In this document: piece by piece, positions 1 to 8,272 of the stretch
How positions within the stretch are numbered: the stretch's first letter is position 1
Layout: every line of letters starts with the position of its first letter
Made by a program: the position numbers and the translations under genes
Notes under the pieces: model-generated
Told to the model about the DNA's origin: nothing
What the model saw: the letters and a program-made list of their open reading frames with translations, nothing else
Databases searched by the model: none
Assembly: GCA_034439715.1 (NCBI GenBank)
Contig: JAWXAY010000036.1
Coordinates: 1-42,285, forward strand
Source of the DNA: Pseudomonadota bacterium
Lineage (GTDB): Bacteria; Bdellovibrionota; Bdellovibrionia; Bdellovibrionales; SG-bin7
DNA: 42,285 nucleotides
Reading direction: 5' to 3'

Positions 1-690
1 ATAAAACAATACATAGGCTGGATGTATGACAAAAAATATAGCTACTCCCATCTTGTAAATACCTCTCTGGGCCTAGAGCACTACACTCGCTACAAAGGAC
101 AAGTCGTTAAACTGACAAGGCCAAAAAAACCAAGAAGACTTATCAAAGACGTTTTAACTGAGTCCGAAGTTTCACGGTTACTACTAGCCGCCAAAAATAT
201 TCGAACAAAAGCCATGATTTGTTTGCTGTCATATTCAGGTGCTCGAAATAACGAGCTTTGCAATATTAAGGTTCAAGACGTTGATTTAGGCGGGAATCAA
301 TTAACAATTCGGGATGGAAAAAATCGCCAAGACGGAGTCATTAATATTTCTGCTGAATGCACGAGAGTTCTGATTGACTACTTGCGGGATTATCCGAGAG
401 AAAAAGAAGAATTTTTATTTACGACTCTGGTCAGAAAAAAACAGCTGACCACAGGTGATCTTCGAAAAACACTTCGGATTATGGCATTAAAAGCGAATAT
501 TGGGCGCAGGGTATTTCCACACTTGCTTCGGCACAGCTTAGCGACCAACCTTTTGAATCGTGGAGCCAGCCTGATGATGATCCAACAACAACTTCGCCAC
601 CGGTTTATAGAATCGACCATGATCTATGTCTTTTCTAGGCCAGTCCGAAATCGCTCTGAATATGACTTTCACAAACCCGCGTATATGTGA
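1..690 (+). CDS. Tyrosine recombinase/integrase (XerD/IntI-like), probably 5'-truncated by the window edge
   Basis: Catalytic motifs SGARNNEL (R), DGK (K), HLLRHSLAT (HxxR), QLRH (usually LGH) and STMIY (Y). The frame is open from base 1 (IKQYIGW-MYD...). Confidence 0.88.
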   Translation: MKQYIGWMYDKKYSYSHLVNTSLGLEHYTRYKGQVVKLTRPKKPRRLIKDVLTESEVSRLLLAAKNIRTKAMICLLSYSGARNNELCNIKVQDVDLGGNQLTIRDGKNRQDGVINISAECTRVLIDYLRDYPREKEEFLFTTLVRKKQLTTGDLRKTLRIMALKANIGRRVFPHLLRHSLATNLLNRGASLMMIQQQLRHRFIESTMIYVFSRPVRNRSEYDFHKPAYM

Positions 691-832
691 AGCCCCGAAA
701 CGCTCGGGCCCGCCATAAATTGAGATTCGCAAATTTTTACCTGTATAATATCTACCAGTGTCTAGAAAGTTATTGTCTGTCAGAGTTAAAAGAAAGTCGT
801 GATCATGGTTTTCTTGTAAATGAAAACATCCA

Positions 833-2203
833 CTAAACTTTTCCTAGTCCCCATTTATTAAGAAAATAATGTAATCGGTTCTGGGAGATTCCTAGTTTTC
901 GAGAAGCTGCGGCCTTGGTGCCAACGCTTTTCATGACATCCACGACAAGGCCCTTTTTGACCCGCTCGACGTGATCATCAATCTGTTCAAGTGTCACAGG
1001 TACACTTGCTGGAGCCTTATCATACAGGCTCGCATCTAGATCTTCAGGTCCTATAATGTTGCCTTCGCTTTTAATCAAATGTCTTTGAAGAACCGATCGA
1101 AGCTCCCGAACATTGCCCTGCCAATAATGATTTCTAAAAACATCTAAGCAGCTTTTTTTGAACTGCGTTCTGAAATTATTTTCCCTACAAATTTCTTCAG
1201 AAAAATGAGCAACGAGTAGCTCAATATCTTCATGGCGATCACGAAGTGGGGTTGTCGTAATGATAATGCTATTAAGTCTGTAATAAAGGTCTTCTCGGAA
1301 TGTGCCTTCGGCAACCATCTTTTTTAGATCTTTATGTGTTGCGGTGATAATACGCACATCAACAGATGATGCTCGGGTGGCCCCAATTGGGGTAATTTCT
1401 TTTTCCTGAAGAACTCTGAGCAGTTTCACTTGTAAATCTAAACTCAAATCACCAATTTCATCTAAAAAAATAGTTCCGCTGTGAGCTAGCCGAAATTTTC
1501 CGAGCTGATCTGAAACAGCACCCGTAAAAGCACCTTTCTTATGTCCAAAAAGGGAAGAATCAATAAGCGATTGTGACTCGGCGGCAATATTAAAGGCGAG
1601 ATAGGGCCCACTTGCCCTGTGACTTGTTTGATGAATCGCGCGGGCAACTAACTCTTTGCCAGAGCCACTTTCGCCCTGAATTAGTACCGTCGCCTGTGTC
1701 GGACCCACTTTTCTAATTTGTTTTGTTAATTCATAGAGCTTGTCAGACGATCCGATCATTCCCAATTCTTTGATAGAGAGTTCCTTTTCTCCTGCAACTA
1801 GATCAGACTTATCAAGTGTACGGTAAATTTTTTCAAATTTTTCACAATACCCAGCCACAGCGGAGAGTAAAACGTCATTTTCAGAATTCTTGTCCAAAAA
1901 ATCAACAACGCCTGCTATGAAATTTTCACGCATGACCTCTCTAGTATCGTCTAGTGAAAACGCTAAAATTTGTTGGTGGGGCTTCAACTTTTTAATTTCA
2001 CAGACGGCCTCACTTCCAGACATTGATGGCATATGGTAGTCCATCAGGATAAGAGCAAAATCTTTCTTGGCATTCTTGACATTTTTAATTGCCTCCTCGC
2101 CACTCGTCGCCGTCATTACTTGATAGCCTGCGGTACTCAAAAGAAGTTTGTTGAACTTCAAATTTTCAATATCATCATCTACCAAAAGAATTTTATAGCT
2201 CAT
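833..2203 (-). CDS. Sigma-54-dependent response regulator (NtrC family; REC-AAA+-Fis HTH)
   Basis: ILLVDDD...LMDYHMP receiver domain, GESGSGKE Walker A, intact GAFTGA, FLDEIG, FREDLYYRL, WQGNVREL, C-terminal HTH. ATG 2203 overlaps the kinase stop (ATGA). Confidence 0.96.
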   Translation of the reverse strand: MSYKILLVDDDIENLKFNKLLLSTAGYQVMTATSGEEAIKNVKNAKKDFALILMDYHMPSMSGSEAVCEIKKLKPHQQILAFSLDDTREVMRENFIAGVVDFLDKNSENDVLLSAVAGYCEKFEKIYRTLDKSDLVAGEKELSIKELGMIGSSDKLYELTKQIRKVGPTQATVLIQGESGSGKELVARAIHQTSHRASGPYLAFNIAAESQSLIDSSLFGHKKGAFTGAVSDQLGKFRLAHSGTIFLDEIGDLSLDLQVKLLRVLQEKEITPIGATRASSVDVRIITATHKDLKKMVAEGTFREDLYYRLNSIIITTTPLRDRHEDIELLVAHFSEEICRENNFRTQFKKSCLDVFRNHYWQGNVRELRSVLQRHLIKSEGNIIGPEDLDASLYDKAPASVPVTLEQIDDHVERVKKGLVVDVMKSVGTKAAASRKLGISQNRLHYFLNKWGLGKV

Positions 2204-3585
2204 AGAACAACCCCGCATCTTGGAAATAAAATTCGAACAGTAGTTCCTGAATTAATTTTTGAATTAACCGATATTTGACCTTTATATTGTTCACATAGCT
2301 GCTTAACGACAAATAGGCCAAGACCAGTGCCCTTATTAATTTTGGTAGAAAAATCAGCTTCAAAAATTCTGTCTTTTATATTATCAGGAATGCCCGACCC
2401 CTGGTCCACAATTTCCAAAATAATATTTTCATTTGCTACGCCTGAGCTGATCGTAATAATTGAATTTTCGCTTGAAGCATGAATACTATTTGCTACAATA
2501 TTTTCTACGATGCGACCAAGAATAGGCGCTGGCAACTGTGCGATACAGCCATCAGAAGTATTAGTACGGATACTAATTTTTTTATCAATTGCTTCTGGAT
2601 CTGAAGCTATTTCTTTGGCCAAAATCTGAAGTTCTTTAGAGATATCTAGAGCTGAAGTGTCTATAGCTAGAACCTCTCCCGATTGTTTCTTGTAAAGAAT
2701 TTTTAATTGCTCCGCATAGCTAGAAAGACGCTTCAAATTCAAATTACAGTTTTGAAAGAGGTCCCTATCAAAACTTTCTGAATTTGACATTTTTATTTGT
2801 ATTAAACCTAATAACCGTTTCAAGCGCGAAACTGGGTTTAGAATATCATGCCCAATTCCTCTTAGCGTATTAAGTGCGCCCTGCTCTCGCGCTAGCCTTT
2901 CTAGAATGTCAATTTCGCGTCTCAGTCCAGCAAGTGCATTTTCGATGGGCTCCATCTCTGTGAACGGAGCAGAATCGTAAACAGTCGGCGCCTTCGGATT
3001 GTCAGATAGTTTCTTTGCCCAATTCCCAATAGTCTCACTGACGGATCTGACTGCTTTCAAGAGATTAAAATAGAACCCAAAGGCCTGGAATGACATTCCA
3101 AAAATCATTACTAAGGTCACAGAAAAAATAAGTGGCCAATTGGCCTTTGGAGTTCTCTCTATATGTATATATCCCCACTTATTGTTTCGGTCGCCATCGA
3201 AATAAATTGGCATATCAAGGATAATTTTTCCGGCAGAAATATTTCGACAAACACCATTTGGGTTATTGCAAGATTCAATTTTTATTGCGCGCAAGTCGGC
3301 GATCCATGGAGACTTATTTGTATCTAAAAATAAAAGTTGCTCATCTTTTGTTATGCTAAACTCTTTATTTAGCTGAAGTTCAATTGAGCGAATATTTCCG
3401 GAAAGAATATCTGTTCTATAAGAGGTTACGGCTGTTGAGGCCAATGTTTGGATCTCTCGCTCAGCATCTTTGTAAATCATTGCAAAAAACAAGGATGCAC
3501 TTAAAATAAGCGTCAGGAGCATTGCTGCCACAGTCCAACTCAAAGCTAGCTTCTTTACATAAGAAACGAGAGATTTACGTTTCAT
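2200..3585 (-). CDS. Membrane sensor histidine kinase (2 TM, periplasmic domain)
   Basis: Two hydrophobic segments flank ~120 aa. H-box GHDILNP, N-box ENIVANS, G1 DQGSGI, G2 GTGLGL. Confidence 0.95.
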   Translation of the reverse strand: MKRKSLVSYVKKLALSWTVAAMLLTLILSASLFFAMIYKDAEREIQTLASTAVTSYRTDILSGNIRSIELQLNKEFSITKDEQLLFLDTNKSPWIADLRAIKIESCNNPNGVCRNISAGKIILDMPIYFDGDRNNKWGYIHIERTPKANWPLIFSVTLVMIFGMSFQAFGFYFNLLKAVRSVSETIGNWAKKLSDNPKAPTVYDSAPFTEMEPIENALAGLRREIDILERLAREQGALNTLRGIGHDILNPVSRLKRLLGLIQIKMSNSESFDRDLFQNCNLNLKRLSSYAEQLKILYKKQSGEVLAIDTSALDISKELQILAKEIASDPEAIDKKISIRTNTSDGCIAQLPAPILGRIVENIVANSIHASSENSIITISSGVANENIILEIVDQGSGIPDNIKDRIFEADFSTKINKGTGLGLFVVKQLCEQYKGQISVNSKINSGTTVRILFPRCGVVL

Positions 3586-5075
3586 CGTATGCGCACCTTA
3601 GAAAAAAGTACCGTTTCGTCAGAGTTGGGCACCTCAGATAGATCTATTCCTGGCTTTGCTATCGCTAGGCTAGAAAAATGAAATAATGGAAGTACGTACC
3701 CGGCCTCTTGCGCGCGAATTATAATTTTACGCATACTCGAGGCACGTTCTTTAGATGTTGCCAGACTTCTAGTTAACTTCATCTGCTGTGAAAAATCGTT
3801 AGGAGCTGGCCCGGATGGAATAAAAGGAGGATCTCTTTCAATGAAGAAAGACATGGCGCCTTCAAAATTAGGATCGGCAACAGCAACACCACCAGCCAGT
3901 AAATCGTAGTCACCAGACTTGAGCTGATTATTTAGCTCGTTGATTGGAAATAATTTGCAGTCAATTTTGGTTTTTGTGAGTAAGGCTAAAGTTTTTTCTA
4001 AATTACCTTTGAATGCAATTGCGTATTGATTATCAGGAATAACTATTCGAATAGTTCTGTTGTGACTGAAGTTTTCCTGCAATTTAATTATTGGAGGCTC
4101 TGCAGACCATAACTCATAACCTCGAGGAAAGAATTGATCGGCCAGTGCGTATCCAGTGAAATTATCAAGCAAGTTAGATTTATTAATTTTGAGAGAGAGT
4201 TCCTTCAAAAAATTTGCTCCCCCTTGATCTAGAAATTTTTTAGAGGGGTAGAGACTAAAAACTTTGTCAAGACTGCGTTGCCAAGTGGTAAATCCGTTGG
4301 CGGTCATCGCATCCTTTACGACAGCCTTCATAAGAGAAGTGCCAGAAATTAAATTGGACCATTCATCCTTTTTGAAATTTGTTATTACGTCAATATCCTT
4401 TGGTATCCGCCTTATCTCAACTTTGGAGGGCATTTGATCCGAATATTCATACCAGTTCTTATTCGCGGATAGCAGAATGTGGTGGTCATCGTGATTATCT
4501 ACGACGAATGATCCGGCACTTTTTGATAAATCAAGTTTGCCATTGTTGATAAAAACTAGCCCATACATAGGCTCAGTCAGTTTTAGAAGGATGCCACTTT
4601 TTGAAACTTCCTCGACAGTTGTAAAAACCAGAGAGTCATTGCCATCCACATCAATGGAGGCAACAGAATCAAATAAAGCTCGAAGGTCACTTGCATGATC
4701 TTTTTTTGCTCGATCAAGGGCTTCTTTAAAATGAAGGGCACTGATCGGTGAACCATCGGACCACTTTAAATTGGGGCGCAGGGTAAACTTAATTTTATTC
4801 TTATTGATATTTTGCCATTTATTAGCCAAGGCCGAAGTAATTTGTCTTTCTTTGTCAAAAGTAACCAATGGGGACGCGAGTGCCACAGAAAGTTCTAGAT
4901 CAGCCATTGTAATAATTTGAGCTGGGTCTATTGCCTTTGAGAAATTCATATATGTTCTGATGGTATTCACTTTTATCCCCACTGTAGAATTATCCTTTCC
5001 AAATACGCTACTCAGCGGAACCACAGCTAGGGTTACCAACATTAAAAAGAATAACTTTTTTCTCATCCAAAACAT
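3582..5075 (-). CDS. Periplasmic solute-binding protein, family 5 (OppA/DppA-like), with no adjacent permease
   Basis: LA..W...FTLRPNLKWSDGSPI..F motif of SBP_bac_5 and signal peptide MRKKLFFLMLVTLAVVPLSSVFG. Start is likely 5075 or 5066 rather than 5117. The stop overlaps the kinase start. Confidence 0.85.
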   Translation of the reverse strand: MFWMRKKLFFLMLVTLAVVPLSSVFGKDNSTVGIKVNTIRTYMNFSKAIDPAQIITMADLELSVALASPLVTFDKERQITSALANKWQNINKNKIKFTLRPNLKWSDGSPISALHFKEALDRAKKDHASDLRALFDSVASIDVDGNDSLVFTTVEEVSKSGILLKLTEPMYGLVFINNGKLDLSKSAGSFVVDNHDDHHILLSANKNWYEYSDQMPSKVEIRRIPKDIDVITNFKKDEWSNLISGTSLMKAVVKDAMTANGFTTWQRSLDKVFSLYPSKKFLDQGGANFLKELSLKINKSNLLDNFTGYALADQFFPRGYELWSAEPPIIKLQENFSHNRTIRIVIPDNQYAIAFKGNLEKTLALLTKTKIDCKLFPINELNNQLKSGDYDLLAGGVAVADPNFEGAMSFFIERDPPFIPSGPAPNDFSQQMKLTRSLATSKERASSMRKIIIRAQEAGYVLPLFHFSSLAIAKPGIDLSEVPNSDETVLFSKVRIR

Positions 5076-5298
5076 AAACGTTCCCTTCTTTATCCACAGC
5101 GATAATCTTAGCTTCACGAGCGAATTCAGGATTTTTTTCTAAAAACCGAATGACATGATCATGAACAACGACTCTTTGTTCAATTGGTAGGTTTTCAATT
5201 AGGGTTAAATCTTCTTTTTCATAGGCAGCCGCAAAATTTGGCAGAACGCTGAAGCCCGCGATAGAAAATAAAAAGTTTTTTATGAATTTTTTGTGCAT
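5008..5298 (-). CDS. Secreted small protein, putative YcaO-modified RiPP precursor (C-terminal NVGNPSCGSAE)
   Basis: Strong RBS (TAAGGAG) directly after the ycaO stop, Sec-type signal peptide ending AAA|Y, and a Ser/Cys/Gly tail. The precursor role is inferred from context. Confidence 0.75.
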   Translation of the reverse strand: MHKKFIKNFLFSIAGFSVLPNFAAAYEKEDLTLIENLPIEQRVVVHDHVIRFLEKNPEFAREAKIIAVDKEGNVYVLDEKKVILFNVGNPSCGSAE

Positions 5299-5307
5299 TT
5301 TTTCTCC

Positions 5308-6297
5308 TTAACCCACAAAATGTGGATTTTTATTTGTTAATGGTTCTCTTGAACTGGTTTTTCCCCAAAACAATTTTTTAAAATTTAAACTACGTAACCG
5401 AACAACGTAGTAGTCACAAATTTTGAACGTTAAAATTTCAAATTCATTTAAGCTTGTACCTAAAACAATTTTTTGATGCTGACTCCAACTGGTTTCAATA
5501 AAAATAGGTGTCGCTTGTTTCAAAACAACTTCGCTTGGCATAGGAACACTGTAAGCGTAGGCCAGAGAGTGCGCTCCTGGGGGTACGGATAGACTGGTAA
5601 TATTTGTATTATGTAGGTTCGAAACTTCAGAAAAATGTTCGAATCTTAATGCAGCGTGCGCAGATCTAAAACACTCTGCTGTTGCTGAAAGAATTGAATT
5701 TTTTAAACTTAACCCTGAGGCGTGGCCCGTAACAAAGTTGCCGCGCTCATTAAATAGCAATGATGAAATCGCGCATCCATTTTCAGTGGCACACAGATAT
5801 ATCTTTAGGTCCGGATACTCCAATGAATGTGGTTTAGAATCTGCCCATTTTAATATTTCTGATGGCCATAGTGATTTTGGAATTTCATAAAATGGTCCAC
5901 TGTTTTCCCAAGTTGTAAGTGCGACATCTCTCTCAATCAACTCGCAGAGAGCATTTTCAAGGGCACTATTTAGCTCTAAGTGGCAGGCCCACCCATTTGT
6001 TGTGTCTGGTTTGCCGCTCTTTTTAAAATATTTTCTAAAGACCAGTCGCTCTAATGCTTCAGATGTTGCTTTAAGAGTTACTGTTTCTGGTCTGGAATCA
6101 CTAAAGCCCGTCTCTTCAATTGAAGCAATAGACACAAAAACAGAACCAGAAATAAAACCCGGAATAAAATAGCCGTCGGGTCTTTTGATAGGCTTTAGCT
6201 TTGAGACACGGGGCGCCTGTAGTGTTTCTACGGATAGAGGCATTCCTTTAGCACAAACAATTTTATCAAATAATAATGAATGGTTAGATTGCCCCAT
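5308..6297 (-). CDS. YcaO-family protein (ATP-dependent peptide backbone cyclodehydratase-like), compact and stand-alone
   Basis: KATSEALER and TTNGWAC...ALCELIERD match the YcaO ATP/Mg-binding motifs; the C-terminal NPHFVG resembles the YcaO PHP tail. ATG 6297 has a G-rich RBS; the longer TTG 6342 start falls inside the sigma-54 promoter. Confidence 0.85.
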   Translation of the reverse strand: MGQSNHSLLFDKIVCAKGMPLSVETLQAPRVSKLKPIKRPDGYFIPGFISGSVFVSIASIEETGFSDSRPETVTLKATSEALERLVFRKYFKKSGKPDTTNGWACHLELNSALENALCELIERDVALTTWENSGPFYEIPKSLWPSEILKWADSKPHSLEYPDLKIYLCATENGCAISSLLFNERGNFVTGHASGLSLKNSILSATAECFRSAHAALRFEHFSEVSNLHNTNITSLSVPPGAHSLAYAYSVPMPSEVVLKQATPIFIETSWSQHQKIVLGTSLNEFEILTFKICDYYVVRLRSLNFKKLFWGKTSSREPLTNKNPHFVG

Positions 6298-6325
6298 TAG
6301 CCTGCCCCCCGTGGCTAAATATCTA

Positions 6326-6342
6326 AGCAATGTACGTGCCAA
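6326..6342 (-). promoter_or_regulatory. Sigma-54 (-24/-12) promoter of the ycaO-peptide-SBP-HK-RR operon
   Basis: The minus strand reads TTGGCACGTACATTGCT, an exact match to TGGCACG-N4-TTGCW, about 30 nt upstream of the ycaO ATG. Confidence 0.9.
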
Positions 6343-6443
6343 CCAAATTCAGAGGTTTTTTAAATCAATTCGCGATGTGGCGGCAATGAACAGGGGTTAT
6401 TTGTGTTTAGGGCAGAAATCGAACCACGTCTTGTAAAAATTAC

Positions 6444-6661
6444 TTCAAAAAATTTGAAACCCAATAAAGGGCACCATGCATCGCTTTATTCTCAACCTTT
6501 TGTTTTTGATAGAATTTTACCAAACTCGGAGCACTTCATATTTTTTGAAACTAATTTGTAAAAAAGATCGTTCAAAAAATTTGAAGTCATACAGATTTTT
6601 TGAAGCCAGTTAACTGGCTGAAAATACTTATCTTCATTTTTTTTAATTCAAATATTTTGAA
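6444..6661. promoter_or_regulatory. Cluster of TTCA-N7-TGAA dyads, candidate enhancer (UAS) sites for the NtrC-type regulator
   Basis: Perfect copies at 6444-6458, 6535-6549, 6571-6585 and 6647-6661, and a one-mismatch copy at 6590-6604. The 6444 and 6571 copies are identical (TTCAAAAAATTTGAA) and both are preceded by TTGTAAAAA. Confidence 0.6.
6604..6619. repeat. Perfect 16-bp palindrome AGCCAGTTAACTGGCT
   Basis: Read directly; it lies in the middle of the divergent intergenic region. Confidence 0.8.
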
Positions 6662-6808
6662 ACTTTTCTGAGTTATTAAAAATGAAACTTTCTATTATTT
6701 CAAAATACTTTCAAACAGTTATCTGATTTTTAGCCTCTTGTTGGCATGCCTTGCAATTCTAAAGGGTGAAGGACCACAAAAAAAGTGCTCACACAACAAG
6801 GAGATAAA

Positions 6809-7165
6809 ATGAATTTAAGAAATTGTCCAAGATGCAATGAACGAACTTACGAGACACTAAGAACCCACTCACATTGTTTGTGCTGCAACTATAGCCCCGA
6901 TTTACTTGGGTATCGAAAGTCATCTGCTGATGATCTGCCAATTCCTCCATGGGCAGCAAAAGCTGCCGAACGAAAACAAACCCAACGGGTAAATCCATCT
7001 GTCGTTATTGTTGATACTATGGACTCAATAGATCCAAAGACTCATCGGAAATGGTTTAAAGATTTAGTCAAAACATTTGCAACTTCTAACGACATGAGCA
7101 TGGAAACATTTGAACGTATTGAATCGAAGAAATTTATTAGATCAAGACGCAGTGACTACTATTAA
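6809..7165 (+). CDS. Small zinc-ribbon-like protein, first gene of the transfer operon
   Basis: CPRC...HCLCC motif; RBS AAGGAG before ATG 6809. Confidence 0.7.
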   Translation: MNLRNCPRCNERTYETLRTHSHCLCCNYSPDLLGYRKSSADDLPIPPWAAKAAERKQTQRVNPSVVIVDTMDSIDPKTHRKWFKDLVKTFATSNDMSMETFERIESKKFIRSRRSDYY

Positions 7166-7174
7166 GGAGGGTAT

Positions 7175-7447
7175 TTGAAATCAACTCATCTGTTTATAAA
7201 AGAAAAAATAAAGATATTTTCTGAAAACAATTTTGAGGAATTGCACGAGTCACTATTGAAATTGTCTTCAAAAAAACAACAAGTAGTTCAAATGCGATTT
7301 TTTGACGAACTCACAATTGATCAAATCTCTCAATCTTTGGGGATTGCTTGGGATGAAACAGATAAATTGATTAAAACTGCTCTGAGTGATCTTCGAGCTA
7401 TACTCGAAGAAAAATTAAATCAAATGTCGATGATTCAAGCGGCTTAA
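7175..7447 (+). CDS. Sigma-70 region 4-like HTH protein (stand-alone)
   Basis: LSSKKQQVVQMRFFDELTIDQISQSLG...ALSDLR pattern; RBS AAGGAGG. Confidence 0.8.
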   Translation: MKSTHLFIKEKIKIFSENNFEELHESLLKLSSKKQQVVQMRFFDELTIDQISQSLGIAWDETDKLIKTALSDLRAILEEKLNQMSMIQAA

Positions 7448-7478
7448 ATTTTGAATCATAAACTAAGGGGAAATTAGT

Positions 7479-7913
7479 ATGGATACACAAATTAAAAGTA
7501 TTACACAAAAAAATGATCAGTATTTCAGATTTCAAGTTTTGCAAGGTGATATTAAGTTGGAAGGAGGATTTAAGAAAACAAAAAGTGTTGGAATGGCCTA
7601 TCTTAAGAACGGTCAGAATACCTACACGCTCAGGCTTTGGACATTTGTAAATGAGAAATTTTATCTCATTCCAAATAAAAATGATGCTTTAAAATATTTA
7701 GTGATGACAAGAGAGCCTAATAAAAGTCCGACTGCTAAGAATAAATATTTCTGGAACATTGTTGGCAATGGCGTTGCAGATTCAGCGCTTGGGGTTATTA
7801 AACTTGATTTCGACCTTTTGAGTAAGGTAATTTATGTAAATATTCATCCTGAATTATCGGCATTTTCCGTGAAATTGCCTGAGCCTGATTTCGGTGAGAC
7901 GGCTGCCGCTTAG
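7479..7913 (+). CDS. Hypothetical protein with an internally duplicated VGxA/G beta motif (loosely DUF736-like)
   Basis: KSVGMAYLK..YTLRL and WNIVGNGVA..IKLDF repeats; RBS AAGGGG. Confidence 0.6.
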   Translation: MDTQIKSITQKNDQYFRFQVLQGDIKLEGGFKKTKSVGMAYLKNGQNTYTLRLWTFVNEKFYLIPNKNDALKYLVMTREPNKSPTAKNKYFWNIVGNGVADSALGVIKLDFDLLSKVIYVNIHPELSAFSVKLPEPDFGETAAA

Positions 7914-7981
7914 GCTTGTTCGCTTACAATATGAAAATATGCGCGTTCATTTGAGTTTCTCCACATTTTTCTGGAGTACAA

Positions 7982-8269
7982 ATGACAAGTAAACATACAT
8001 TTTTAGTTTTAGGATTGTTTTTAATGATTGGTCTTTGGATGCCTGAGCTTGCTCAGGCAGGGCTTGAATCAAGCCTTGTGGGCCTTAAGACAAAATTAAC
8101 TGGAGTAATTTTACCTGTTTTATCAGTGATAGGAATTGCCATTGCCGCAGTTTCTTTTTTCACCGGAAACCCACAAGCCAAACAACATATTTTATATGCG
8201 GTGCTTGGATGTATCTTTGGGTTTGGAGCCCAAGCCATTGTGGACTTTATCGCCCAAACTGTGCGGTAA
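7982..8269 (+). CDS. virB2: Conjugative pilin, VirB2/TrbC family
   Basis: Signal peptide ending AQA, two hydrophobic helices, IFGFGAQAIVDF end; first gene of the T4SS block. Confidence 0.8.
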   Translation: MTSKHTFLVLGLFLMIGLWMPELAQAGLESSLVGLKTKLTGVILPVLSVIGIAIAAVSFFTGNPQAKQHILYAVLGCIFGFGAQAIVDFIAQTVR

Positions 8270-8272
8270 AGT

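Noticed and set aside
5090..5098. Perfect DnaA box TTATCCACA
   Set aside because: Single copy inside a coding region (AVDK codons); compatible with chance.
5308..6297. Antibiotic-type YcaO cluster (LAP, thiopeptide, thioamitide)
   Set aside because: No dehydrogenase, E1/ocin-ThiF, lanthipeptide dehydratase, TfuA, exporter or immunity gene; the neighbours are sensory genes.
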